From: an uncultured delta proteobacterium
GTDB taxonomy: Bacteria; Myxococcota_A; Polyangia; Polyangiales; B10-G4
DNA: 64,000 nucleotides
Assembly (NCBI GenBank): GCA_963727445.1
Contig: CAVSGI010000006.1
Coordinates: 448,001 to 512,000, forward strand
Direction of reading: 5' to 3'
The translations under genes were made by a program, and so were the position numbers. Shown piece by piece: positions 7,832 to 20,624 of this stretch. The notes under the pieces are model-generated. The model ran no database searches. It was not told where the DNA came from and was given only the letters and a program-made list of their open reading frames with translations. Position 1 is the first letter of the stretch; each line of letters starts with the position of its first letter.

Positions 7832-8881
7832 TCATCTAGAGCCGGAATCCAGGGTGGAAAGCCCGCGCTGAGCGCGGAGGTCGTCGGGGGCGCGCCGGAG
7901 CGCTTCACGAAACGCGTCGCGCGCTCCACTTTCGTCGCCCGCCGCGAGCCGCGCGGCTGCGAGCACGAGGAGCGGCTCGGGATCGGTGCGCGCCGCGTGC
8001 GTCGTCGCGTCGCGCGCCGCGCGGGTCGCCTTCTCCGTGTCGCCGGCTTCGAGCGCGGCGCGCGCGAGGTCGAGGGCCGCGCGTACGTCGCCCGGGCGTG
8101 CATCGGCGATCGCCGACAGGCGCACGACCGCTTCGCCGGCGCGGCCGGCTGCGAGGAGCGCGCCCGCGAGGTCTCGTTCGATCGCGAGGTCTTCGGGATG
8201 GCGACGGAGGGCATCGAGGAGCAGTCGAACGGAGTCGTCCGCGTCTCCGCGCGCGAGACGGACCGCGGCGAGATCGGTGATGAGGTCGACGTCGGTGGGG
8301 TCGGCGCGCGTCGCCGCGACCAGGGCCTCGTCGGCGGCGATCAGATCGTGACGGCGGATCGCCAGGGCGGCGAGGCGGCGCAGGCTGGCGGCTGCGACGT
8401 GATCCATCCGGCCGGCGGAGACGGCGGCGCGCTCGATCGCGGAGCGGTGGTCTCCGGTGAGGGCGACGGCCCAGGGGCCGAGCGTGCGCACCCCACGGGC
8501 GATGGCGCGGTAGACGGGATCGGTGGGGTCGCCTTCCACGTCGACGGCTTCGAGCCCCTCGGCGATCTCGCCCGCCAGGCGTCGTGTGCGCGGGGGCGGT
8601 TCGACCGCGCCCGGAGCGTCCGGCTCGCTCGGGAGCGCGATTTCACCGAGGGAGAGCACCGGGCGCGGGTCCGAGGAGGCGCGGGCCATGGCGCGACGAA
8701 GCACCAGGATCGCCGGGCGATCCCGGCCCTGGGCGTGGAGGCTCTCCGCGCGCGTGAGCCAGCGTTCGAGCACCGGGTCCGGAGGGGAGGGGGCCTGGGC
8801 CACCGCCCGGCTCACATCGACACTGGACACGAGCGCCGACAAACCTACAAAGAGCGCTGTCGCGACCGACCTGGCTCGCAC
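7832..8881 (-). CDS. Secreted tetratricopeptide-repeat protein
   Basis: Repeated TPR-like units ([25 protein letters not shown]); start uncertain (GTG 8881). Confidence 0.7.
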   Translation of the reverse strand: MRARSVATALFVGLSALVSSVDVSRAVAQAPSPPDPVLERWLTRAESLHAQGRDRPAILVLRRAMARASSDPRPVLSLGEIALPSEPDAPGAVEPPPRTRRLAGEIAEGLEAVDVEGDPTDPVYRAIARGVRTLGPWAVALTGDHRSAIERAAVSAGRMDHVAAASLRRLAALAIRRHDLIAADEALVAATRADPTDVDLITDLAAVRLARGDADDSVRLLLDALRRHPEDLAIERDLAGALLAAGRAGEAVVRLSAIADARPGDVRAALDLARAALEAGDTEKATRAARDATTHAARTDPEPLLVLAAARLAAGDESGARDAFREALRRAPDDLRAQRGLSTLDSGSR

Positions 8882-8927
8882 TGCCCCGGATCCTAGCAGC
8901 GATCTCCCACCCGCGCCTGAACCCTCG

Positions 8928-11900
8928 ATGAAGACCACCCGCCTCCGCGGCGCGCGCACCCACAATCTCCGCGCGATCGATCTCGATCTCGCCCCTGGAT
9001 CCCTGGTGGTCGTGGCCGGTCCTTCCGGGGCCGGGAAGAGCTCTCTGGCCTTCGGTACGCTCTACGCCGAGGGACAGCGGCGCTACGTCGAGAGCTTCAG
9101 CGCCTACGCGCGCCAGTTCCTCGAGCGTCTCGCGCGCCCGCCCGTGGACTCTCTCGATCCGGTCCCCGCCGCGATCGCCGTCGACCGCCAGGCGCCGGTG
9201 CGCACCAGCCGCTCCACCGTCGGGACGATGACCGAGGTGACGGACTACGCCAAGACGCTGTGGGCGCGCGCGGCCACGCTGCACTGCCCGTCGTGTGATC
9301 GCGTCGTGGTGCCCGACGATCCCGCACAGGCCGCGGAGACGGTGCTCCGCTCCGTGCCGGAAGGCGAGAAGCTCCTCGTCACCTATCCGATCTCGATCGC
9401 CGATCCCGAGGACTTCGTCGGCGTGCGCGAGTCGCTGGTCGGCGTCGGGTACCGGCGGGTCCTCGCTCCAAAGGACGAGAGCGCCGTGATCGATCTCGAC
9501 GAGGTGCGGCCGAGCGATCTCTTCGGTGAGATCCGCGTCACCAAGAAGCGCGTGACCAAGAAGGCGGCGAAGAAGGCACGCAAGCGGCGTCGCTCGGCGC
9601 GCCGCAAGCCGGTCCCGAAGCAGGCGCCCGCGGTCGCGGAAAAACCGCCGCGTCTCGACGTCGTGGCCGATCGGCTGGTGGCACGAGCGCAAGACCGGGC
9701 GAGGCTGGTCGAGTCCATCGAAGCGGCGATGAAGCACGGCGACGGGAAGGTCGCCGTTCGAACCGCAGGCGCGGACGCGTCGGTCTTTCGATTCTCGCGC
9801 GATCTCAGCTGCGCGCATTGCGATCGCCAGTTCCGTCGGGCGACGCCGGGGATGTTCACGTTCAACAGTCCGGTGGGCGCGTGCGAGACGTGTCGCGGCT
9901 TCGGTCGCACCATCGGCGTGGACGTCGACAAGGTGATCCCCGACCCGTCGCTGAGCCTCGCCGACGGCGCGGTGAAGGCATGGCAGGGCAAGGCGGCCGC
10001 GTGGGAGCGGCGCGAGCTGCTGAAGCACGCGAAGAAGGCGGGCGTCCCCACGAACGTGCCCGTCGATTCTCTCACCGACGCGCAGCGCGCGTGGATCCTG
10101 GAAGGGGACGAGCTCGGTTATCCCAAAGGGTGGTGGGGCATTCGCGGCTGGTTCCGATGGATGGAGAGCCGCGCGTACAAGATGCACGTCCGCGTCTTTC
10201 TCTCGCGCTACCGCAAGTACGAGACGTGCGAGGCCTGCGGCGGCACGCGGCTCAAGCCGGAGGCGCTGGCCTTTCGCCTCGGGGGCCTCCGGCTTCCCGA
10301 CTTCTATGCGCTCCCGGTCGCCGACGCGCTCGCGCGGATCGAGGGCCTGGGCGACGCGGCGCTCGATCCGGCGACGCGCCTCTTGGCCGACGAGGTGATC
10401 AGCCGGCTGTCGATGCTCGTCGACGTGGGCCTCGGATATCTCACGCTCGACCGCGCCTCGCGCACGCTCTCCGGCGGCGAGACCCAGCGCGTGGCGCTCA
10501 CGAGCGCCCTCGGCGCGTCGCTCACGGGCGCGATGTTCGTCCTCGACGAGCCGACGGTGGGGCTTCACCCACGCGACGTCGACAAGCTGAAGACCGTGGT
10601 GCGCCGCCTGAGCACGGGCGACAACCTCGCGATCGTCGTCGAGCACGACGAGACGATGATCCGCGCGGCGGATCGAGTGGTGGAGCTCGGGCCTGGCGCG
10701 GGGGAGCACGGCGGCGCGGTGGTCTTCGACGGAACCCCCGCGAAGCTCGCGAAGGCCAAGACGGCGACGGGACGCGCGCTGCGGCGTGCGCCCGATGGCG
10801 CTCGGCAGCGGCGCACCAAAACGAATGGATCGATCCGGCTCGAGGGCGCGCGCGGCAACAACCTCGATGGGGTGGACGTGGAGATCCCCAAAGGGGTGCT
10901 CACCTGCGTGACCGGCGTCAGCGGCTCCGGCAAGAGCAGCTTGATCCTCGAGACGCTGCACCCGGCGATCAGACGTGCCTTCGACGCGGCGGGGCCCCGC
11001 CCGCTCTCCTACGATCGCATCCGTGGACACGAGGGCCTGAAGGGCGTGGTGACCGTCGATCAGGCGCCCCTCGGTCGCACCAGCCGCGGCAATCCGGCGA
11101 CCTATCTCAAGATCTGGGACGTGGTGCGCAAGCGCTTCTGCGCGGAGCCCCTGGCGAAGGAGCGCGGCTACACGCCCGGCGTCTTCTCTTTCAACGTCGC
11201 CGGCGGGCGCTGCGAGGCGTGCCGCGGTGAAGGCGCCGAGACGGTGGAGATGCAGTTCCTCGCCGACGTCACCTTCACCTGTCCCGAGTGCGGCGGCCGG
11301 CGCTTCGTGGGCGAGGTGCTCGAGGTGAAGCATCGCGATCTGTCCATCGCCGACGTGCTCGACCTGACGGTCACCGAGGCGGCGGCGTGCTTCGCCGAGG
11401 ATGCGGCTGTCTTGGACCGCCTTTCGCCGCTGCAGGAAGTGGGGCTCGGCTATCTGCGCCTCGGTCAGCCCCTCAACACCCTGAGCGGGGGCGAAGCGCA
11501 GCGGCTGAAGCTCGCCGAAGCCCTCGCCTCGGCCAAGCCCGGCTCGCTCCTGCTCCTCGACGAGCCCACGGCGGGCCTTCACGCCGACGACGTCGCTCCG
11601 CTCCTCGACGTCCTCGACCGGCTGGTGGCGCGCGGCGACACGGTTGTCGTCGTCGAGCACGACATGCGGGTGGCGGCGCGCGCCGACCACGTGATCGATC
11701 TCGGGCCGGGCGCGGGAGCCGAGGGCGGGCGTGTGGTCGCGGCCGGCACGCCGGAAGAGGTCGCACGGGCCCGCGGCTCGGCGACGGCGCCCTTCTTGGC
11801 CGCGGCGCTCGGTGCGCGGGCGAAGAAGAAGGCGCGCACCACCAAGAAGAAGGCGCGCGCGCGCGCGGATGGCGGCGAGGCGAACGACGCCATCACCGTC

Positions 11901-14387
11901 GTCGGCGCGTCGGAGCACAACCTGAGGCGCGTCGACCTGCGGATCCCGCGCGAGAAGCTGGTGGTGGTGACCGGGCCGAGCGGCAGCGGCAAGAGCACCC
12001 TCGCGTTCGACGTGGTCTACGCCGAGGGGCAGAGGCGCTATCTCGAGACGCTCACGCCCTACGCGCGGCAGTACCTGCCGCAGCTACCGCGGCCCGCGGT
12101 CGACAAGGTGGCGGGCGTCCCGCCGAGCGTCTCCCTCGAGCAGCGCACCACCCGCGGCGGCAGCAACTCCACGGTGGCGACCATCACCGAGGTCGCCCAC
12201 TACCTGCGCCTCTTGTGGGCGACGGTGGGGACGCTCCACTGCCCCGATTGCGGCGACCCCATCGTGCCGCGCTCGCCCGCGGCGCTCCGGCAGGACCTCG
12301 TCGGCCGCTTCGGCAAGCGCCGGAAGGTCACGGTGCTCGCGCCCTACATTCGCGCGAAGAAGGGCCTTCACCGCGAGCCGCTCGCGCGCGCGCGAAAGCG
12401 CGGCTTCGCGGAGGCGTTCGTCGACGGCGAGCGGGTGAAGCTCACGCCGGGCCTGTCCCTCGATCGCTACAAGGAGCACGACGTCGACCTGGTTGTCGGT
12501 GAGGCGGCGCTCGGCAGCGACGCGCTCGGGGTTCTCCTGCGCCTGGCGATGGACTCGGCGGCCGGCACCGCGCGCGTTCTCTGCGGCGACGAGCAGCTGC
12601 TGGTGTCGGAGCGGCGCGCGTGCCCGAGCTGCGGGCAGGGCTTCGGGGAGCTCGACCCGCGCTTCTTCTCCTTCAACACCCGGCAGGGGGCGTGCGAGAG
12701 CTGCGAAGGCAAGGGCGTGGTGGCCCCGCGCCGGCGTCGCGGCAAGAAGAAGCGCTCGACCGAGGCGCCTGCGGTCTGCGGCGACTGCGAAGGCACGCGC
12801 CTGTCGTCGCTCGCGCGGGCGGTGACCGTGCACGACGAGCCCATCACCGACGTGCTGGCGATGAGCGTCAGCCGCGCGGGCGCGCACCTCGCAGCGCTGG
12901 TGTTCGAAGGGCGCGACGCGGCGGTGGCGGAGGCGCCCCTCGCCGAGCTCCGTCGCCGGCTCGCTTTTCTGGAGCGCGTCGGCCTCGGCTATCTCGGCCT
13001 CGACCGCGCCGCCGACACACTCAGCGGCGGTGAGATGCAGCGCGTGCGCCTCGCGGCGCAGCTCGGGAGCGGGCTGACCGGGGTGCTCTACGTCCTGGAC
13101 GAGCCCACCATCGGCCTGCATCCGCGCGATACGAACCGGCTGCTCTCCTCACTGCGGGAGCTGGTGGACAAGGGCAACTCGGTGATCGTCGTCGAGCACG
13201 ACGCCGACACCATCCGCGCGGCGGATCACGTGATCGACGTCGGCCCCGGGGGAGGGCGCCTCGGGGGGAAGGTGGTGGCCCAGGGCACGCCGCGCGCGCT
13301 CGCGAAGGATCCGCATTCCGTCACGGGCCCGTCTCTGGCGCGGCCCCCCGAGATCCCGAGCGCGCGGCGACCCACGGACGACGCGGGATGGCTCGAGGTG
13401 CTGGGCGCGCGCGAGCACAATCTCGAGGACGTCGACCTCGCGATCCCCGTCGGCCGGCTCACCGCCGTGACCGGCGTCAGCGGCTCCGGCAAGAGCACGC
13501 TGGTGCGCGAGGTGCTCCTGCGCGCGACACGCGCGGCGCTCGGGCTCGTCAACGAGCGCGCACCCGGCGCGCATCGCGAGGTGCGCGGCGCGGAGCTCCT
13601 CATCCGCGCGGTGGAGATCGATCAGAGCCCGATCGGGCGAACGCCGCGCTCGGTGCCCGCGACGTACGTCGGCGTCTGGAACGTGGTGCGCAAGCTCCTC
13701 GCGGGCACGCCGGAGGCGCGGGCGCGCGGCTACGGGCCGGCGCGCTTCTCCTTCAACACCGCCGAGGGGCGGTGCCCCGCGTGCGAAGGGCAGGGAGCTC
13801 TCACCGTCGAGATGAGCTTCCTGCCACAGGTGCTCGTGCCCTGCGAGGCCTGCGACGGGCTGCGCTTCGATCCGGAGACCCTCGCGGTGCGCCTCCACGA
13901 GCTCTCCGCCGGCGAGATCCTGAACACCGACGTGGCCGACGCGGTCGTCCTCTTCGACGCGGTACCGAAAGTGAAGAAGCCGCTGTCACTCCTCGCCGAC
14001 CTGGGCCTCGGCTATCTGAAGCTCGGTCAGGCCTCCAACACCTTGAGCGGCGGTGAGGCGCAGCGCCTCAAGCTCGTCGCCGAGCTCGCCGCGCGCAAGA
14101 GCGGCGGGACGCTCTACGTCATGGACGAGCCCACCACCGGCCTCCATCGCGAAGACGTGACGCGGCTCATCGGTGTCATTCAGCGCCTGGTCGATCGCGG
14201 TGACACGGTGGTGGTCATCGAGCACCATCCCGACGTGATCCTCGCGGCCGATCACGTGGTCGACCTCGGCCCCGAGGGCGGGGAGGGCGGCGGCCAGATC
14301 GTCGCCACGGGCACGCCCGAGGCGATCGCGCGCGCCAAGGGGAGCCACACCGGCGCGGTGCTCGCAGAAGAGCTCCGGCGCACGTAG
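8928..14387 (+). CDS. uvrA: Excinuclease ABC subunit A, tandem-duplicated form (1819 aa, four ABC ATPase modules)
   Basis: GARTHNL start; four Walker A motifs ([32 protein letters not shown]); four LSGGE and four (L/M)DEPT motifs; Zn-finger CxxC pairs. Confidence 0.95.
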   Translation: MKTTRLRGARTHNLRAIDLDLAPGSLVVVAGPSGAGKSSLAFGTLYAEGQRRYVESFSAYARQFLERLARPPVDSLDPVPAAIAVDRQAPVRTSRSTVGTMTEVTDYAKTLWARAATLHCPSCDRVVVPDDPAQAAETVLRSVPEGEKLLVTYPISIADPEDFVGVRESLVGVGYRRVLAPKDESAVIDLDEVRPSDLFGEIRVTKKRVTKKAAKKARKRRRSARRKPVPKQAPAVAEKPPRLDVVADRLVARAQDRARLVESIEAAMKHGDGKVAVRTAGADASVFRFSRDLSCAHCDRQFRRATPGMFTFNSPVGACETCRGFGRTIGVDVDKVIPDPSLSLADGAVKAWQGKAAAWERRELLKHAKKAGVPTNVPVDSLTDAQRAWILEGDELGYPKGWWGIRGWFRWMESRAYKMHVRVFLSRYRKYETCEACGGTRLKPEALAFRLGGLRLPDFYALPVADALARIEGLGDAALDPATRLLADEVISRLSMLVDVGLGYLTLDRASRTLSGGETQRVALTSALGASLTGAMFVLDEPTVGLHPRDVDKLKTVVRRLSTGDNLAIVVEHDETMIRAADRVVELGPGAGEHGGAVVFDGTPAKLAKAKTATGRALRRAPDGARQRRTKTNGSIRLEGARGNNLDGVDVEIPKGVLTCVTGVSGSGKSSLILETLHPAIRRAFDAAGPRPLSYDRIRGHEGLKGVVTVDQAPLGRTSRGNPATYLKIWDVVRKRFCAEPLAKERGYTPGVFSFNVAGGRCEACRGEGAETVEMQFLADVTFTCPECGGRRFVGEVLEVKHRDLSIADVLDLTVTEAAACFAEDAAVLDRLSPLQEVGLGYLRLGQPLNTLSGGEAQRLKLAEALASAKPGSLLLLDEPTAGLHADDVAPLLDVLDRLVARGDTVVVVEHDMRVAARADHVIDLGPGAGAEGGRVVAAGTPEEVARARGSATAPFLAAALGARAKKKARTTKKKARARADGGEANDAITVVGASEHNLRRVDLRIPREKLVVVTGPSGSGKSTLAFDVVYAEGQRRYLETLTPYARQYLPQLPRPAVDKVAGVPPSVSLEQRTTRGGSNSTVATITEVAHYLRLLWATVGTLHCPDCGDPIVPRSPAALRQDLVGRFGKRRKVTVLAPYIRAKKGLHREPLARARKRGFAEAFVDGERVKLTPGLSLDRYKEHDVDLVVGEAALGSDALGVLLRLAMDSAAGTARVLCGDEQLLVSERRACPSCGQGFGELDPRFFSFNTRQGACESCEGKGVVAPRRRRGKKKRSTEAPAVCGDCEGTRLSSLARAVTVHDEPITDVLAMSVSRAGAHLAALVFEGRDAAVAEAPLAELRRRLAFLERVGLGYLGLDRAADTLSGGEMQRVRLAAQLGSGLTGVLYVLDEPTIGLHPRDTNRLLSSLRELVDKGNSVIVVEHDADTIRAADHVIDVGPGGGRLGGKVVAQGTPRALAKDPHSVTGPSLARPPEIPSARRPTDDAGWLEVLGAREHNLEDVDLAIPVGRLTAVTGVSGSGKSTLVREVLLRATRAALGLVNERAPGAHREVRGAELLIRAVEIDQSPIGRTPRSVPATYVGVWNVVRKLLAGTPEARARGYGPARFSFNTAEGRCPACEGQGALTVEMSFLPQVLVPCEACDGLRFDPETLAVRLHELSAGEILNTDVADAVVLFDAVPKVKKPLSLLADLGLGYLKLGQASNTLSGGEAQRLKLVAELAARKSGGTLYVMDEPTTGLHREDVTRLIGVIQRLVDRGDTVVVIEHHPDVILAADHVVDLGPEGGEGGGQIVATGTPEAIARAKGSHTGAVLAEELRRT

Positions 14388-14396
14388 AGTGCGCCC

Positions 14397-14903
14397 GTGC
14401 GCATTCGGGTCATCGCCTTCGCCCTCGTCTTCGCGGCCGTCGCGTGCAGCGACGAGCCCGAGGAGATGAGCTTCAAGGGACACCTGATCACCGTTCCCGC
14501 GGGTTGGGACACGGCACGCTCGGGCAACGGGCCGCACCAGACCCTCGCCTTGGTTCCGCCGGAGTCCGCGATGGCCTGCCGGCTTGTGGTGGTGCGGGAC
14601 AGCCGCCACTTCGGCGAGACCGACGCCCGCGCCTTTCTCGCGACGGGCCGTGATCGCTACGGCGGCGAGGACGAGACCCCGCGCCGCATCGACACCGTAG
14701 ACGGCCCGCTCGAGGGGTTCGTCAGGCGGGGCGCCGAGCTGCCTGACGCCTGGGGTGTTCGCCTGGCGCAGGGCGAGAGCCATCTCGAGATCTATGCTGC
14801 CGGTCGCGGCACCGAGCTCGTCGGCATGATGGTCGGTTGGTACGACGACAACGCAGGCTACGTCGACACCTGCCGGAGCGCGCTCCGCTCACTCCGCCGC
14901 TGA
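14397..14903 (+). CDS. Hypothetical lipoprotein
   Basis: Lipobox AVAC; directly follows uvrA. Confidence 0.7.
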   Translation: MRIRVIAFALVFAAVACSDEPEEMSFKGHLITVPAGWDTARSGNGPHQTLALVPPESAMACRLVVVRDSRHFGETDARAFLATGRDRYGGEDETPRRIDTVDGPLEGFVRRGAELPDAWGVRLAQGESHLEIYAAGRGTELVGMMVGWYDDNAGYVDTCRSALRSLRR

Positions 14904-16595
14904 TGTCTCGCGCGCGATCTCGCCGGGGAGGGGAAACCAGCGCAGGGCCTCGAACTCCTCGTCGAGGGGAGGGTCGTCGACGAGGTCGACCTCCGAGGCC
15001 GCCGCATCCACGATGCGCTGCGCCGCCTCGAGGTAGCTCGATAGCACCGACTCGGGCTCGGTCGCGTGGCGGGAGCGGTAGGTGAGCTTGCCCCGCACGT
15101 AGGAGAGGTCGCTCAGACGCATGGCCGGATCGGGGCGGCCGGCGCGGTGATGCCACAGCCCGGTGTGTGGCTCGAAGCGATAGTGCGGCAGGAGCTTGTG
15201 CCCTTCGCGCGCGACGAAGTGCACCGCATCGAGGACGAACTGGAAGGTCTCCTCCGAGATGAAGTAGTTGAAGTTCACCCGCACCCAACCGGGCTTGATC
15301 CCCTCGCAGCCCCGGGCGATGGAGCGCTCGAGCTCGGTCTCGAAGTCGATGCCGAGGAGCCGGTGTCCGTAGGGGCCCGCGCACGAACAGCCGGAGCGCG
15401 CCTGGATGCCGAAGAGGTCGTTGAGGAGCGCCGCCACGTAGGCGTGGTGGAGGTACTGCTTTTCGTAGCGGATGACGAAGGAGACGATTGAAAGGCGCCA
15501 CGCGTCGTGGTTGCCCAGGATCTCGATGTTCGGCGCGGCGTCCCAGCTGGCGATGGCGCGATCGATGAATGACTTCTCCTTGTCGCGGATGGCCTCGTGG
15601 CCGACCGCTTCCTTGAGCTGGAAGACCAGACCGGCGCGGATGGACTCGATGATCGCGGGGGTGCCGCCCTCCTCGCGCGCCTCGGGCTCTTCGAGGTAGC
15701 GGTGCACGTTGGTGTTCACGTAAGCGACGGTGCCTCCGCCCGGGACGGCGGGGACCGAGTTCCGGAAGAGCTTGCGCTTGGCCACCAGAAGGCCGGGGGT
15801 GCCCGGGCCGCCGATGAACTTGTGGGGCGAGACGAATACCGCGTCCTTGTAGGCGAGGTGGGCGTCGGGCCCGTCGACCACCGGGTTCATCTCGATCTCC
15901 ACGTAGGGCCCGGCCGCCGCGAAGTCCCAGAACGCGAGCGCGCCGTAGCGATGCAGGAGGGTGGAGATCTCGATGGTCTTGCTGCCGATGCCGGTGACGT
16001 TGGACGCGGCGGAGAAGCTCCCGATCTTGAGCGGCCGGTCGCCGTAGCGACGGAGCTCCTCCTCGAGGTGGGCCTTGTCGATCCGGCCGTCGGCGTCCTC
16101 GTGGATCATCACCACGTCGGCGATGGACTCGCGCCACGGCAGCTCGTTCGAGTGGTGCTCGTAGGGCCCGATGAAGACCACCGGCCGCTCCTCTTCCGGG
16201 ATCCGGTCCGAGAGCTGGTATCGCTGGTCGAGCTCGCGGGGCAGGGCGAGTCCCATCACCGAGACGAGCTTGTGGATGGCGCCGGTCGCACCCGAGCCGC
16301 AGAAGATGACGACGTCTTTGTCGCTCGCACCCACCGACTCGCGGATGATCTGGCGGGCGTCCTCCCGGAAGCGCGTCGTCTGCAGACCGGTGCCCGACGA
16401 CTCGGTGTGGGTGTTGGCGTAGAGCGGCATCACCTCGTCGCGGATGAAGTCCTCGATGAAGGCGAGCGACCGTCCGCTCGCCGTGTAGTCGGCGTAGGTC
16501 ACGCGACGCGCGCCATAGGGCCCGTCGATGACCTGATCGTCGCCGATGATCGCCGCGCGGATGTTCTCGATGAGGCGCTCTGAGTCCTTCGCCAT
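14889..16595 (-). CDS. Class V PLP-dependent aminotransferase (cysteine desulfurase-like)
   Basis: YADYTASG, YANTHTE, EHHSNELPW, SPHKFIGGPG (PLP lysine), RSGCSCAGPYG. Confidence 0.92.
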   Translation of the reverse strand: MAKDSERLIENIRAAIIGDDQVIDGPYGARRVTYADYTASGRSLAFIEDFIRDEVMPLYANTHTESSGTGLQTTRFREDARQIIRESVGASDKDVVIFCGSGATGAIHKLVSVMGLALPRELDQRYQLSDRIPEEERPVVFIGPYEHHSNELPWRESIADVVMIHEDADGRIDKAHLEEELRRYGDRPLKIGSFSAASNVTGIGSKTIEISTLLHRYGALAFWDFAAAGPYVEIEMNPVVDGPDAHLAYKDAVFVSPHKFIGGPGTPGLLVAKRKLFRNSVPAVPGGGTVAYVNTNVHRYLEEPEAREEGGTPAIIESIRAGLVFQLKEAVGHEAIRDKEKSFIDRAIASWDAAPNIEILGNHDAWRLSIVSFVIRYEKQYLHHAYVAALLNDLFGIQARSGCSCAGPYGHRLLGIDFETELERSIARGCEGIKPGWVRVNFNYFISEETFQFVLDAVHFVAREGHKLLPHYRFEPHTGLWHHRAGRPDPAMRLSDLSYVRGKLTYRSRHATEPESVLSSYLEAAQRIVDAAASEVDLVDDPPLDEEFEALRWFPLPGEIARETSAAE

Positions 16596-16676
16596 ATGGA
16601 CCTCAGTCTAGGCCGAACTCGGGCGGCGCTCTGTGAGTGAGGGCAGGCTGCGCGCTCGGAGCGGCCGTTCGTAGTG

Positions 16677-17900
16677 CTAGGCCCCGGCGTCGGCGGGGGC
16701 CAGAGGGCCCACGTAGCGGGCGCGGGGACGGAGGATCGCCCCATCCCGGCGCTGCTCGAGCACATGGGCCACCCAGCCGGCGGCCCGGCCCAGGGCGAAG
16801 AGCGCTGTCCCGAGACCGCGCTCGGCGCCCAGGGAGCGGGTCACGGCGACCACCCCGAAGTCCACGCAGGGCTGCGCGCCGGTCTCGCGGGAGACGATCC
16901 GCACCAGCTCGTCGGTCAGCGCCGAGCGCGCCCGAGCCCGGCGGCTGACGGTGAGAAGAGGCGGGGTTCGCGGGTCGCCATCGGGGTAGAGGGGGTGACC
17001 GAAGCCGGGGATGCTCTGGCCGAGGGCGAGGAGCTCGTCGACGACCGCCTGAGCGCCTCGGCTCTCGCACGAGGAGAGCAGCACCTCGATGCGGTCGCAG
17101 GCGGCGCCGTGGCGAGGCCCGGTGAAGGAGTAGAGCCCTGCGCCGACGGCGGCGTAGAGGTCCGCGCCCGCCGATGCGGCGACGCGCGAGGTGAAGGTCG
17201 AGACGTTGAGCTCGTGATCTGCGCAGGCGACGAGGATCGCGTCCACGGCGCGGGTCGCTTCCGCGAGGTCGTTGTCGGTGAGGGTCGCGGCGATGCCTTC
17301 GGCGATGCGGCTGCCGATGGAGATGGGCGCACCCACCAGCGCACCAGCGAGCGCGCGAAGCAGGCCACGGGCGCGGTCGAGCTCCAGGGCGGGCGTGCCC
17401 GAGTGACGCGCCGTGTCGGCGAGGGCCAACCCGGGAAGCGCCTGGACGAGACGCCACACCGGCGGGGCCTCGGGGTAGGGCACGCGCGCGAGCATTCGCG
17501 GCGACGGCCAGCGCTCGACGGGCTCCGAGGCCCAGAGGATCTCTGCGACGGATTCGAAGGTAGCGCCGGACTTGATCAGCTCCTTCACCGGCCGACCGCG
17601 GTAACGGGGCGAGCTCGGGCGCACCTCGGTGATCGCCGAGTCGAGGACGGGGTGGCCGAAGCGGAGCGCAGAGCCGGCCACGGCGGCGTGACCTCGGCGC
17701 GCGGCGGAGCGGCGGGCGAGGCGATCCACGTCCTCCGCGAGGTAGAGACCGGAGCGCCCCTTCGTGTCGAGGCGCCGAATGAGTCCACGGCTCACGTAGC
17801 TGTAGAGGCTCGTTCGTTTCACACCCAGACGCGCGCAGGCCTCGCCGGCGTCGATGTAGCCAATCGGTGGATCGTCGAGTCGAGCTGTCTCGGAGGCCAT
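16677..17900 (-). CDS. Citrate synthase-like protein with N-terminal HTH DNA-binding domain
   Basis: [22 protein letters not shown] (HTH); [40 protein letters not shown]. Confidence 0.9.
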   Translation of the reverse strand: MASETARLDDPPIGYIDAGEACARLGVKRTSLYSYVSRGLIRRLDTKGRSGLYLAEDVDRLARRSAARRGHAAVAGSALRFGHPVLDSAITEVRPSSPRYRGRPVKELIKSGATFESVAEILWASEPVERWPSPRMLARVPYPEAPPVWRLVQALPGLALADTARHSGTPALELDRARGLLRALAGALVGAPISIGSRIAEGIAATLTDNDLAEATRAVDAILVACADHELNVSTFTSRVAASAGADLYAAVGAGLYSFTGPRHGAACDRIEVLLSSCESRGAQAVVDELLALGQSIPGFGHPLYPDGDPRTPPLLTVSRRARARSALTDELVRIVSRETGAQPCVDFGVVAVTRSLGAERGLGTALFALGRAAGWVAHVLEQRRDGAILRPRARYVGPLAPADAGA

Positions 17901-17945
17901 GGTCAATCTGAGATCGGATATCCCATGAAAAGCGAAGTGGAGACA

Positions 17946-17964
17946 CATTGATTGATGATCAATG
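17946..17964. promoter_or_regulatory. AT-rich palindromic operator upstream of the HTH-citrate synthase
   Basis: CATTGAT-N5-ATCAATG perfect inverted repeat ~45 bp upstream of the start. Confidence 0.6.
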
Positions 17965-18076
17965 CTTGTGAAAGGCCGCAAGGCGTCCGACGAGGTCGCC
18001 CAACGACGTGGGCCCTCGTAGGCACCAGGGAGCCGTTCGCAAGGAGGGACGCTTCGGGGGGCGTTCCCCGCTCGGA

Positions 18077-18734
18077 TCAGAGGCTGATCTCGGTCAGGTC
18101 CGGTCCGGCGAGGACCTTGGTCCCGGTCTTCTCTTGAACGTCCGAGGCGCTCACCCCCGGCGCGAGCTCCTTGAGCACCAGCCCTTCCGAGGTCACGTCG
18201 AGGACGGCGAGGTCGGTGATGATGCGGTGGACCACGCCCTTGCCGGTGAGCGGCAGCGTGCACTCCTCCACGATCTTCGGCTCGCCCTTCTTGTTCACGT
18301 GATCGGTGATCACGACCACGCGCTTGGCGCCGACGACCAGATCCATCGCGCCGCCCATGCCCTTGACCATCTTGCCGGGGATCATCCAGTTGGCCAGGTC
18401 CCCTTTGCCGGAGACCTCCATGGTCCCGAGGATGGCGAGGTCGATGTGACCGCCGCGGATCATGGCGAAGCTGGTGGCGCTGTCGAAGGTGGCTGAGCCG
18501 GGGAGCATGGTGATTGTCTGCTTGCCGGCGTTGATGAGGTCGGGATCCTCGTCGCCTTCGTACGGGAAGGGCCCGATGCCGAGGAGGCCGTTCTCCGATC
18601 TGAAGCATCACGTCCATCCCCTCGGGGATGTAGTTCGCGACCAGGGTCGGCATGCCGATCCCGAGGTTCACGTTGTAGCCGTCGCGGAGCTCCTGCGCGG
18701 CCCGTTGAGCGATCTGTTCGCGGGTCAGGGGCAT
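18077..18734 (-). CDS. scoB: 3-oxoacid CoA-transferase subunit B (one apparent indel at ~18599)
   Basis: [17 protein letters not shown] restored by deleting one base; [20 protein letters not shown]. Confidence 0.9.
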
Positions 18735-18771
18735 TTCTTCAGCTCCTTCTTTCTGGGGGCTGCTCGCCCCC

Positions 18772-19475
18772 TCACTGCCCCCTCGGGCGGGTGGTGAGCC
18801 GCTCGATTCGCTTTTCGTGCTTGCCGTTACCGACCACGATGCGCTGCACGAAGACGCCGGCGGTGTGGATCTGCTCGGGGTCGAGCTCGCCGGCTCGACC
18901 AGCTCCTCGACCTCGGCGATGGTGACCTTGCCGGCCATCGCGCAGAGCGGATTGAAGTTCCGCGCGGTCTTGCGGTAGACGAGGTTGCCGTAGCGGTCAC
19001 CCTTCCACGCTTTGACCAGGGCGAAGTCGCCGGTGATGCCGCGCTCCATCACGTACTTTCGGCCGTCGAACTCGCGGGTCTCCTTGCCTTCGGCGATCTG
19101 CGTTCCGTAGCCGCTCGGCGTGAAGAAGGCGGGGATGCCGGCGCCGCCTGCGCGCAGGCGCTCGGCCAGGGTGCCCTGCGGCACGAGGTCCACCTCGAGC
19201 TCGCCCGAGAGGAACTGCCGCTCGAACTCCTTGTTCTCGCCGACGTAACTCGAGACCATCTTCTTGATCTGCTTCGGCTCGAGGAGCAGCCCGAGGCCGA
19301 AGCCGTCGACGCCGCAGTTGTTCGAGACGACGGTGAGGTTCTTGACGCCCTTCTTGGCGAGCGCCGCGATGGTGAGCTCCGGGATCCCGCAGAGCCCGAA
19401 CCCGCCGGCGACGAGGGTGGCGCCATCCGGGATGTCCGCCACCGCCGCGTCGGCGCTTTCGACGACCTTGTCCAT
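18772..19475 (-). CDS. scoA: 3-oxoacid CoA-transferase subunit A (one apparent indel at ~18890)
   Basis: [40 protein letters not shown]-terminus [19 protein letters not shown] continues in a shifted frame. Confidence 0.9.
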
Positions 19476-19507
19476 GGGCGCCGGGATACCAAATCCCGGC
19501 CGGGGCG

Positions 19508-20624
19508 TCACCCGCGCTCGATGGCGTCGACGAAGCGGCGGAAGAGGTAGCGGGAGTCGTGGGGGCCCGCGCTCGCCTCCGGGTGGTACTGCACGCTGAA
19601 GGCGCCGGATTCGTGGTGCTCGATGCCCTCGCAGGTGCCGTCGTTGAGATGGACGTGGGTCATCTTCGCCTTGCCCTCGAGGGTGGGGACGTCGACGACG
19701 AAGCCGTGGTTCTGGCTGGTGACCTCGATGCGCCCGGTGGCGAGGTCCTTCACCGGCTGGTTCAGACCGCGGTGGCCGAACTTGAGCTTGGAGGTGCCTC
19801 CGCCAACGGCCTGGCAGAGGATCTGATGGCCCAGGCAGATGCCGAAGACGGGCTTGTTGCCGAGGAGCGACTCGACCGTCTCGACGCCGTGCTGAACGGC
19901 GGCGGGATCGCCGGGACCGTTCGAGAGGAAGACGCCATCGGGCGACAGGCCGAGGATGGCGTCGGCGGTGGTGGTCGCCGGGACGACGGTCACACGGCAG
20001 CCGACGTCGACCAGGCAGCGGAGGATGTTGTGTTTGACCCCGAAATCGACCGCGACCACGTGGGGGCCACTCTTCGGGTCGCGTTCGAGCGCCCAGTCGC
20101 CCGAGCCTTCGGTCCAGGCGTGGGGCTCGGCGCAGGTGACTTCGCCCGTGAGGTCGCGGCCGGTCATGGGCGGCGCGGCCTTGGCGCGATCGTGAAGGAC
20201 GCTCGGGTCCTCGGTGCCGATGGCTGCCATCTGCGCGCCCGCGTCGCGGATGTGGCGGGTGAGCGCCCGCGTGTCGACGCCCGAGATCGCGACGATGCCA
20301 TGCTTCTTCAGATAGTCCGTGAGGCTCGAGGTCGCGCGCCAGTTGCTCGTGACGGACGACATCTCGTGGACGACGAAGCCCGAGACGAAGGGCCGGCGCG
20401 TCTCCTCGTCGTCCTCGTTGACCCCGGTGTTGCCGATCTGCGGGGCGGTCATGGTGACGATCTGCCCGCAGTAGGAGGGGATCGGTGAGCACCTCCTGGT
20501 AGCCGGTCATGCCGGTGGTGAAGACCACTTCGCCGATGGTGATTCCGTCGGCGCCGACCATGTGGCCGGCGTAGCGCGTGCCGTCGGCGAGGACGAGGTG
20601 ACAGGGCTTTTCGTGGGCGCTCAC
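19508..20624 (-). CDS. carA: Carbamoyl-phosphate synthase small subunit (one apparent indel at ~20478)
   Basis: [19 protein letters not shown](SY), [33 protein letters not shown]. Confidence 0.93.

Noticed and set aside
16677..20624. 1315-aa CarA-ScoA-ScoB-citrate synthase fusion ORF
   Set aside because: Chance chaining through indels in carA, scoA and scoB; the intervening segments are out-of-frame nonsense.
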